Below the pieces are notes generated by a model. That model saw only the letters and a list, made by a program, of their open reading frames with translations. It made no database searches and was not told the origin of the DNA. Below are positions 1 through 11,100 of a DNA stretch of 64,000 bases, in pieces. This DNA comes from Minisyncoccota bacterium (GTDB lineage Bacteria > Patescibacteriota > Minisyncoccia > Phycocordibacterales > SW-6-46-9), in assembly GCA_040905385.1 (NCBI GenBank), contig JBBDRP010000002.1, positions 226,292 through 290,291 of the forward strand. Direction: 5' to 3'. Positions within the stretch are counted from its first letter, which is position 1. Each line of letters starts with the position of its first letter. A program made the position numbers and the translations under genes.

Positions 1-1351
1 GTTCTGTGACTCCGCTAATGATCCAGATGAGTCGCGACCAAACATGAATGTCTGTCCGGTGTGTATGGGGCACCCGGGCACGCTGCCGGTGATTAATAAA
101 GAAGCTGTTCGACAGGTTCTCCGAGTCGGTACGGCGGTCGGTGGAGAGGTAGCCGACTACACCGAGTTTGATCGTAAGAATTACTACTACCCAGATTTAC
201 CAAAAGGGTACCAGATTAGCCAGTATGAGTATCCGTTGATATCTGGTGGAGATCTGGCCGGTGTAGAACTTACACGCATTCATCTCGAAGAGGATACAGG
301 AACCAATATTCATAAGGATGGTCACAGTGTTGTTAATTATAATCGCGCCGGAATTCCACTGATGGAGCTGGTGACTGAACCGGTAATTCATACGGCTGAG
401 GATGCCAAGCAGTTTGCAAAAGAGCTACAACTGCTGCTGCGTACACTCGGTGCGAGTGAAGCTAATCTAGAGAAAGGGGAGATGCGGATTGAGGCAAATA
501 TATCGGTTGCTCCAGAAGGAGCAGACGAGCTGGGTACGAAGGTAGAGGTCAAGAACCTCAACTCATTCCAGGTGGTGTACGACGCAATTGAGTATGAAAT
601 AAAGCGCCAAAGTGAGGCTTTAGATAGCGATGAGGAGCTGGTACAGGAGACTCGTGGCTGGGACGAGAATACAGGGAAGACGGTATCTCAGCGCGTAAAG
701 GAGAGCTCGGATGACTATCGCTACTTTCCAGATCCAGATCTGCCGAAGCTTGTACTCAGTGATATTCCTGAATTCTCTGAGGAGAAAATTTCTGATTCGC
801 TACCTGAGCTTCCTGATACAATTCGCGCACGTCTAGCCGAAAAAGGAGTTGGAGATGATGATATTGATACGCTGCTCCAACGGTCTGATCTGCGCGAGCT
901 TTTTGATACAACTGTTGACAGGACAGGCGATGACGACGAGAAGATTCGACTGGCCGTCAACTACATCACGTCAGATCTAATCGGTCTGGAGCGAGAGCAT
1001 AACGGACAGCAGGAGATAATGTCAGAGAATTTTGCTCACCTGATTGAGATGATTGCTGATGACGATCTGTCTTCACGTGGAGGAAAGGATACGCTGGCAA
1101 TCATGTTTGCTGATGGCGGTGATCCAGATGAGATTGCCAAGAAGCAAGGGCTCCTGCAAAAAAGCAGTAAGGAGGATTTACAGCCGGTCGTTGATGAGAT
1201 TATCACCGAAAACAAATCAGTGGCGGAAGATTATCGATCAGGAGACGAGTCTGTCATTCAGTTTATGATCGGACAAGGGATGAAGAAGACGGGTGGATCA
1301 GCAAATCCGCAGGTCCTGAAACAGCTGTTGGAAGAGACCTTGAAGCAGTAG
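1..1351 (+). CDS. gatB: Asp-tRNA(Asn)/Glu-tRNA(Gln) amidotransferase subunit B, 5' truncated at the window edge; the frame is open from position 2
   Basis: Translation ...NMNVCPVCMGHPGTLPVINKEAV...YYYPDLPKGYQISQ...ETRGWDE... matches conserved GatB motifs. The reading frame runs to the window start. Confidence 0.9.
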   Translation, partial: FCDSANDPDESRPNMNVCPVCMGHPGTLPVINKEAVRQVLRVGTAVGGEVADYTEFDRKNYYYPDLPKGYQISQYEYPLISGGDLAGVELTRIHLEEDTGTNIHKDGHSVVNYNRAGIPLMELVTEPVIHTAEDAKQFAKELQLLLRTLGASEANLEKGEMRIEANISVAPEGADELGTKVEVKNLNSFQVVYDAIEYEIKRQSEALDSDEELVQETRGWDENTGKTVSQRVKESSDDYRYFPDPDLPKLVLSDIPEFSEEKISDSLPELPDTIRARLAEKGVGDDDIDTLLQRSDLRELFDTTVDRTGDDDEKIRLAVNYITSDLIGLEREHNGQQEIMSENFAHLIEMIADDDLSSRGGKDTLAIMFADGGDPDEIAKKQGLLQKSSKEDLQPVVDEIITENKSVAEDYRSGDESVIQFMIGQGMKKTGGSANPQVLKQLLEETLKQ

Positions 1352-2137
1352 CGGTAGGTAATGCGGTAGCTAATAAAGCCCTTTTAGATAGGCATATTAT
1401 ATGAACTGGTAGCTAAATGACTTCTCGTTAAAGCGGGGGTCATTTTGCTTATTATTACAACCTCTAGGAAGATAAGAATATTCGTAAATTCAGAATGTTC
1501 GATCTTTCAGTTACTCTCTAGAATAAAGGTTAGTAAATCCTACTCATGAATTCTGTATAGCGATTAGATAGTGGAGGATAGTAAAAATTAGTTAAATTTT
1601 GGAAAAATAATAAAATCACTGGAGAATAATCTAAAATTTAATCTGGTATCAGCATTATTCGTATAATAAATGTTTAAAATTGCCAAAAATAAAAAATGAG
1701 TATGAATGTGAAATATCTAAATTATAATTATTTTTCTACGTAATTCTTTAAAATATTTACTGCCATAAAATGGTAAATTAACCTACCAAATACATCATAT
1801 TTACCTACCAATGAGCCTTATCTGGGCCATCGACATCAGCTGTCTGCTTACCGGGATTCAAGTATGAGGTTATTTCCTCTAAATTTCATCACTCGGTAAT
1901 GTCAATCTATTAACCCTTACATTCATAATTGGTAGGTACCTTATTTAAGTTGTTTTCGGATATTTTAATTACGGTAGGTATCTAGCTATCGCCTGAGAAA
2001 CATCTATCCTAGAACACTGTAAAATACCCCTCATATCGGCATGACGTGGTGAGTTTTGATTCAAATAATAGGTCTATTACTAGTCATATCGTGTCTCGTT
2101 TGTCCGAGAATCATGTGGATAAGATCGGGCTCAAATA

Positions 2138-5100
2138 TTGTACTATGAATGGCACATGGACGATCAACTGAATTTTGAAAATCAAACCCTTATCACCACG
2201 AACCTGGCGGCAGAGTTGACCGGGTACTCCTCAGACTACATTGGTCAGCTGGCTCGTGATGGTGGTGTTGCCTCGAAGAAAATTGCTGGTCGACGTTTTG
2301 TTGATCGCGATGAGCTGATTGCATATGCTGATGAGAATAAGAAAAGTTTTTCAATTGCTCAATTGCCTGCAGAGCATCGTCCTATATCTGACGAACCAGA
2401 ACCTGTCGAGTCATCGGCAGAGTCAAGCTCTGCACCGGAGGAAACAATAGCGACTGATGAGCAAGCGGACAACGTTGATCAGTCTGTTCCGGAAACTCCT
2501 GCGCCTGATAGTCTGAAAACGCTAGACGATGAGAATTCTGGACTGACCGTCTCTACCGATGAGATCTCTCAAAATAGAGCGTCATCACGATGGCGACTGA
2601 CGCGTGATAAGCACCGCTCGGGTGGTGGCGAGGTTGCGAAGACCTCGGTTTCTCGTTTGCCAGCGATTGCTATGTCACTGATGCTCGTTGCTTCAATTGG
2701 GATTATGTCCTTTGGCATGATTGGTTCGGGCTCTGCATCTGACGCTGGCCAGCATCGAACCTCGGACGATACTCAGTCGGTTGACCAAATAGCTGCATCA
2801 GTCGAGGCTGGATTGCTCGATACATCGGTTCGTTCAGCTGATGCTAAAGAGAAAAGCATTCTAACCTCATCGGTTGACGCGATGTCCTACTCGGTCAAGC
2901 TAGCAGCTGCCGCAGCCGGCACATCACTGAACACGTACGTTTTCCGTCCAGTCCGTAATCTTCTTTCCGATACAATCTACACCGGACTGGCCGGAATACT
3001 GAGGTTTGGTGAAGTCTTCCTCCCTGACTACTTTGGTGATTACTCAGCCGAGTTTGTGCTGAATGATGACGGTGATATTGAGATTGATCGTCAGCGAGCT
3101 GATGAGCAGATGGTGGCAATTACTCGTATCCAGAATCGAAGTCTCAGTGATCGGGTAATCATTACCGCTCTTACGCAGTTGACTGGAGTGACGGCACAGC
3201 TGGCCGAACGTATCGAGGATCCTGAAGCGACTGGTGGTGTCGCCTCACGTGATTTTGTACGTGACCGTATTGATCAGTTGCGGGACATTATGCATGGCAA
3301 CCTAGACTCCTTAATGGATGCTGTTGAGTACGATCACCCGAATGATATCGAGTTGACGACGGCGGATATTGGTACGACCACTTCCGGGGTTCTTGAGGTT
3401 ACCGGACAGACAACATTATCGCAGACACTCATAAACGGTCCGCTTTCGGTAATTGCACCAAACAGCACAAGTTCTAATACGTTGTTTGTGGATACAGCCA
3501 GTGGTCGTGTCGGTATTAATACTGATACACCGCAGTACACGTTGGATGTGAACGGCACCTTTAGAGCTGATTCATTTATCTCTAACTCCACCACTACGGC
3601 GGTTAACTTTACGGCCTCTTCGACTGACACGAATACTCTAACAGCCGACACTGCTACCATCACTGTTCTAACTGTTGGTGATCTTACCGCCACCAGCTCG
3701 GCTGATCTAGCCACGACAACCATTACAGATTTGTCGGCCTCTTCGACCGACACAGATTCGTTGACTGCTGATGATGTAGTAATTACTAATTCCACGACCA
3801 CTAATTCATACATTCAGCAGCTACTTGCTGATAATTCTACGACTACGAATGCGTACGTGACTTCTTTGGTAGCATCATCATCTAACCTCACCAGTGCCCA
3901 GATCGAGGATCTGATTGCCACCAACTCGACAACGACTAATTCTTACATTCAGAATCTCTTGAACGATAATACCACCACAACCAACGCCTACATCACCAAC
4001 CTGATTGCGGAGGACATCACAGTCACTAATGCAACAACGACTAATTCTTACATCCAGCAATTACTAGCCGATAATTCTACGACTACGAATGCGTACGTTA
4101 CCTCACTAGTGGCATCATCATCTGATCTCACCAGTGCCCAGATTGAGGACTTAATCGCGACGAACTCCACTACAACCAACGCCTACATCCAGAAACTTTT
4201 GGTTGATAACTCAACCACTACGAACGCCTTTATTACCTCTCTGGTAGCGGATAACCTGACGGCAACTAGCGGCACCATCACAAATCTCGTAGCTACAGAT
4301 TCGACCACAACCAATGCCTACATCACGAATCTGCTGGCTGACAATTCGACTTCGTCGAATCTTTATTCATCTTCGCTCATTGCAGGCAGTGGAGACATCA
4401 CTGACTTCACCGCTGAGAACGCAACGATTACAAACGCCACCACCACCAACTTCTTTGCGACCCTGGCCAACTTCACCACCGCCTTCTTTGATAACCTCAC
4501 GGCCACCATCGCCGACATTACTAATCTAGAGGTGGACAATGCAACAACGACGAACTTGGTGGCAGTACAGTCCACCACAACCGACGCGTATATTCAGAAT
4601 CTTCTGGCTGACCAGTCGACAACCACAAACTTGACCGTTACAGGCGACACCATACTCGGCAACACAGCATTGGATACGTTGACGGTTAATGCCACTGTTG
4701 AGACCGACCTGGTGCCAAACTCTAACGCTACACTGAATCTCGGTTCTCCATCCTTCTACTGGAACATTGCGTATCTGGATACGATTAATGCCAACAACAT
4801 ATCTGCGGCCTCGACCTCTATCTCTGGAACGCAGGCAGAAAGCTTTACGCTTAATACTGATAATAGTACGCAGGATGGTGAAGATTCAGAGCTAATTTTC
4901 TACCGCGGTCAGGTAACACCGAATGCGGTGATTCAATGGGATTCGGTAGCAGATCGCTTTGATTTCAATCAGTCTCTATATATAAACAATGAATCAGCGT
5001 CGACAACCAATCCGACCTTGGTGGCTGAAGGGGTGATTGGGCAGACGGCTGATCTTTTCCAGCTGGCTTCATCGTCTGGCGACACACTTTTCTCGGTTGG

Positions 5101-8100
5101 GGCGGATGGGTCTGTTGATCTAATTTCGGCTTCAGCTACTGACTTTACTGCTACCAACGCCACTACGACGAACTTCTTCGCAAGCCTCGCCAACTTCACC
5201 ACTGCCTTCTTTGATAACCTCACGGCCACCATCGCGAGTATTACAAACCTCGAGGTCGACAACGCCACGACTACCAACCTAGTTGCCACAGACGCTACGA
5301 CAACTAACCTAACGGCTAGTGGACAGACCGATCTGGCCACAACAAGTGTGACTGGTAATCTGGATGTGAATTCTGGTAGTTTGAGAATAAGCGATTCAGG
5401 ACGCGCTGGGTTTGAGATAGAAAATACTGGCGCGTCATTTACTAATTCATTTATCACTGGAGGAATCGGTAATCCAAAGTTGTTTGCTAACTGGACGTTG
5501 GATGATGAACCAAGCGATGACACAAAGCCAACCTGGGGAACCAAGCTTGCTATCGATCAAGATAGGTTTGAGATTATTCGACTACCGGCCGGAATTGGTG
5601 GTGATTCTGGAACCGGACAGTTGATGGTTGTTGACGCTGCAGGTCAAGTTGGCATTGGTACCTCAACTCCAATCGTTTCTTTAGATATTAATCACACCGA
5701 TGCAGTGCGGCTGCCGGTGGGTACCTCTGCTCAGCGACCAAGTGGTGAGTCAGGATACATCCGCTATAACAGCGATACTGCTCAGTTTGAAGGTTTTTAT
5801 GCTGGAGCGTGGCAGGGCCTGGGTGGTGTCATTGATGTCGACCAGGACACCTACATCACCGCCGAGGAAAGTACCGACGATGATCACCTGCGCTTCTACA
5901 CGGCTGGATCTGAGCAGATGACCATTACTGCTGCGGGTGATGTTGGAATCGGAACAGATAACCCAGCCGAGCGGCTTGAGGTGGCTGGCAGTGGTGGTAC
6001 TCGATTCCTGGTGTCTGATGACACTGGTTACGCCGCTTTCCGATTGGATGCTGCCAGTGGTGAGACGTCGGCCCTTGACTTTGCTCAGGCCGGAACTAAC
6101 ATCTGGGGCTTGGGTATGAAGCAGCAGTCTGGCAATGATGACTTCTGGATCTGGGATGCTCCGTCCGGAGACACACCACGATTTGTTATCGATGCCGTGA
6201 GTGGTGATGTTGGTATCGGCACCACGTCACCAGCCAACACTCTGGATGTAGACGGTGGTATTGATGCCGACACGCTTAATACTGGGCAGGGAGACAACGA
6301 ACTGTACGCGATGGATCAGGATGTTCAGATGACAGATGACGTTACGTTCGCATCGGTAGATACCGCCACCATTACAACCGACAGTTTCTCAGCTACCTCC
6401 GCAGACTTTGTTGACCTGACGGCTGATAACGCCACTACAACCAACTTCTTTGCCTCACTCGCCAACTTCACAACGGCAATCTTTGATAACCTCACGGCCA
6501 CCATCGCCACGATTACGAACCTAGAGGTGGACAATGCAACGACCACGAACCTGGTAGCAACTGATGCAACAACTACCAACCTGACCGCTACTGGACAGAC
6601 GGACTTGGCAACGACGACCGTTACCGGTGATTTCACGGTTAATACAGATAATCTGTATGTAGATGAATCAACTGGCGTTGTCGGGATAGGTATCAATAGC
6701 CCGTCTAGCTATAGCGATAATGTGCTTGATCTTGGTGGTGGTCTAGCATTTGATGGTCAGACAATGTTTAGAAGGTTGGGAAATGATTTTGAGATTGGTG
6801 ACATGCACTCTGGGGATGGTAATATTCATAATCTTTACTTCTTTACTAACGGTAATAGTAATACCGATTTGTCTATTATTGAAAGCGGTAACATTGGTAT
6901 CGCAACACGTACACCGGCTGTATCGTTGGATATAAATGCCACCGATGCAGTGCGGCTGCCGGTTGGTACCTCAGCAGAGCGCCCAAGCGGTGAGGCTGGA
7001 TTCATTCGCTACAACAGCGAAAACAGTCAATTCGAAGGTTTCTATGCCGGGGCGTGGCAGGGCTTAGGCGGTGTCATTGATGTCGACCAGGACACCTACA
7101 TTACCGCCGAGGAAAGCTCGGATGAAGATTACCTGCGCTTCTATACGGCTGGCTCTGAGCGGATGACGGTGACTAATACGGGTGAAGTAGGTATTGGTAC
7201 TACCAGTCCAGAAAATATTTTATCTATAGATACTTCAAATACGAATGATGACGGAATCAGTTTATATGAAAATGGGAATCCGCTTGCTTTTATTGGAGAT
7301 TCATCAGCTTCATTTTCCACAGGGGTCTTGAGGTTGTATTACGAGAATTCTGAAAGAGTTAGAATCAATTCTTCCGGAGATAGTTACTTTAACGGTGGAG
7401 ATATTGGAATTGGCGTTTCAAGTCCAGATGAGTTATTACACGTAGACGGAGATTCAGCAGAGTCTTACATTAAGGTGAGTACTGCATCAGGAGATAAGGC
7501 TGGTATTAAATTTATTGAAGGTTCATCAGATTTATGGACCCTTTATCACGAAAATACCAGTAACTCCTTTAGTGTAAATGAAGATGGAACAGATTATCTG
7601 AGGATAATAAGTGGCGGTAACGTTGGCATCGGTACCACCTCGCCCGCTACAACCCTTGACGTCGCTGGTACCACCACAGCCCAGGCCTTCTCCGTCGGCG
7701 GTGACACCATCAATGACTTCACCGGCCAAGGCTTGAGTGTGGCCAATAACATTTTGAACCTTGATGATGTAGAGACACTCGGCACCTCACTCACCGCCGG
7801 ATCCGTTGTCTTTAGTGATGGCTCAAGCCTGACCGAAGACAATACCAACTTCTTCTGGGATGATGCAAATGACAGGTTGGGAATTGGGACAAATAGTCCA
7901 ACGAGCCCACTTCATATTATTGATTCTGGATTTACACTTGCTGAATTTACTCGTGATTCTACAGCTGGGGCAGGATTTACTCTTAGTAATAATACTGACA
8001 GTATCAACTTTGGACTTGGAGCTGGCGGAGAATTTTTTGCTGGTATTTCTGGTGGTACTGATAATTTCTTTGCAGCAAGTTCAACTACTTTTCAGGTTGG

Positions 8101-11100
8101 CTCTAATTCACGGATTGGATTTACGAGTGGTACAAGCCCAACAGAAAGTAATGTAGACACCAGTCTTTTCCGTAACGCTGCAAATGTATTACGGACCAAC
8201 GATTCATTTATTGTTGATGGAAGTATCGGTATTGGCACGACATCACCAGCTTCCGAGCTTGATGTTTGGGGTGACTTCCGCGCTGGTACCAGCTCGACGC
8301 CGACGTTATTTTCAGATGCATCGACCGGGCGAGTTGGAATTGGAACGTCGAGTCCGGACCATAAACTCACTATTCGCGAAGATACCCCCAACTCTACTTT
8401 TGGTCTACACCTCGACGGTGCAGGTTCCGCCGAACCCACTATTTCCTTTGAAGAGAATGGTGAGGGTGAGAATTTCTTCCTCCGGTATAGTGGGCCTGAT
8501 AACAAATTTTATCTGGGGCGGGGAGTAATACCTGGTTTCTTCAGTCAAGAAGCTATAAGAATGACTATTGAGCGGAATAGCGGTAGAGTCGGAATCGGGA
8601 CGACGAATCCAGCTAGTACTCTTGACGTGGCCGGTACCACCACCGCGCAGGCTTTCTCGGTCGGTGGTGATATCATTAATGACTTTACTGGCACTGGCCT
8701 GAGTGTGGCCGCTAATGTGCTGAACGTTACGCTGAGTCCGTTTAGTACTGATGACCTCTCTGAAGGATCAAATCTGTACTTCACCGATCAGCGAGCGCGC
8801 GATGTCTTTTCTACCGATGCGACGGGACTTACCTACAGCGCGGCTTCGGGAGTACTGAGTCTCACCACCGGTTACAACATTCCACTGACAGCCAGCACCA
8901 CTGACTGGCAGAGCTTTTACGAGACACCGAGTACCCGCATTACCGCCGGTACTGGTCTGAGCTGGAGTGCCAACACGTTGAATACGAATGATATCGAGAC
9001 GCTGACCACCTCCTTCACCGCCGGATCCATCATCTTTAGCGATGGCACCAACCTCGCCCAGGACAATGCCAACTTCTTCTGGGATGATACGAATAATCGA
9101 CTCGGAATTGGGACTACTACACCATCCGCAATTCTGGAAATAGTGGGGGGTGGATCAACGCCGTACCTGCGTATCGGCTCCGGCGGTGGCGGTGCCTACG
9201 CCTTTGAGGTAGATGAGAATGACAAGGTGAGCGTCGGTACCGGCAATGACGATATCTACTTTAATACCTCGGGTGATACGCAGGTGGGTGTAGGAACCTC
9301 TTCGCCAATCTCTGACTTTACCGTTGTGGGTGATTCATACTTCCAGGGCGATGTCGAGGTTACTGGTACGACCAGCGTCGCTAGGTTCAGCGTCGCCACC
9401 GATACCATCACGGACATTACTGGTGACGGTTTGTCGGTGGTTTCGCAGGGCGGTGGAGGACTTGGGCTGACGGTGGATGATATAGAGACACTTTCAACCG
9501 GGCTTAGTGCCGGCTCTATCGTCTTTAGTGATGGCTTATTTCTAACAGAGGATAGCGACAACTTCTTCTGGGATGATGCTAGTAATCGACTCGGTATTGG
9601 GACTAGCAGTCCAAGCGAAACGCTTCAGGTTGCAGGAACCGCTTGGCTTCGCGGCTCAGGGACAACTAACGGATTACTTGTAAACTCAAGCGGAAACGTC
9701 GGCATCGGCACATTATCACCTACCACTACTTTGGAGGTCGCCGGCACCACGACCGCCCAGGCCTTCTCTGTCGGTGGCGATACCATCAATGATTTCACCG
9801 GCCAGGGGCTTTCGGTAGCTAACAATATTCTAAATCTTGATGATGTCGAGACCTTTAGTACCTCACTCTTGGCGGGCTCTGTCGTCTTCTCTGACGGATC
9901 AACATTGACCGAGGACAACGCCAACTTCTTCTGGGACGATGCGAACAATCGGCTGGGAATTGGTACCACCTCGCCAGCTTCCAAGCTGGATGTGTGGGGT
10001 GACTTCCGAGCTGGTACCAGTACGACACCGACGCTGTTTGCTGATACAGCGGCCAATCGAGTAGGGATTGGAACGGTGAGTCCGAGCCATAAACTCACTA
10101 TTCGCGAGGATGCCTCGAACGCTACTTTCGGTATGCACCTCGAAGGCGCAGGTTCTGCCGAACCTACTATTTCTTTTGAAGAGCAGGATGAGGGTGAGAA
10201 TTTTTTCCTCCGGTATAGTGGGGCTGATAATAACTTTTATCTGGGGCGGGGAGTCATACCTGGTTTTGCTAGTCAAGAAGCTATAAGAATGACTATTGAG
10301 CGGGACAGCGACAGAGTCGGTATAGGGACGACGAATCCAGCTAGTACTCTTGACGTGGCCGGAGATATCACCTCTAGCGGCGTTCTGGACATAAATGGTA
10401 CGGGGACCTCGACCTTTGAAGGTGGTATCGATATCGCTGGTTCGATTCTGCCGCGGTCCGACGCTGCCTACGACCTTGGATCTGCCAGCCTACAATGGCG
10501 CGATGTCTACATCAGTTCTGGATCCCTGTACATCGGTGGTCAGAAGGTGCTGGAAGAGGACGCGGATGGAGACATTAATATAACCGCTGACCCAGACCAG
10601 AATCTTAAGCTAACTGCGACCGGTACTGGTAGCGTACAGCTTGGTGCTACTGGCAGCGGAAGCACAAATGTGATAAGCGGAAACTTTGGTATCGGTATCG
10701 GCACCACATCACCTGCCACCACACTTGAGGTTGGTGGCACCGCAACCGTGAATGCGCTGGCGGTTGGTGGGGATACCATCAGTGACTTCACCGGTACAGG
10801 ACTGTCCGTAGCCAGCAATGTGCTGAACGTCTCTTTGGCGTCATTTAGCACAACAGACCTCGCTGAAGGCACAAATCTCTACTTCACCAATGAAAGAGCC
10901 GAGGATGCGGCCGGCGGCATGTTCTCCGGCAATACCGAGACGCTTATTACTGCCACGTATGAGGATGGAGACGGTACGGTTGATCTGGTAGTGGATAACA
11001 ACCTTGCCAACTACTCGAATGCCACCTCACTCTTCCTTGACGGTGTAACCGCTACTGGACTAGAGAAGTCAGGAACTGATGTGGCGCTTACCACCGGCTA

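Noticed and set aside
3780-4340. Regular ~120-bp periodic repeats (NSTTTNAYI units) that superficially resemble a CRISPR-like array
   Set aside because: The repeats are imperfect, in-frame and translate into a coherent beta-rich protein repeat within a single ORF. No repeat-spacer structure and no cas genes.
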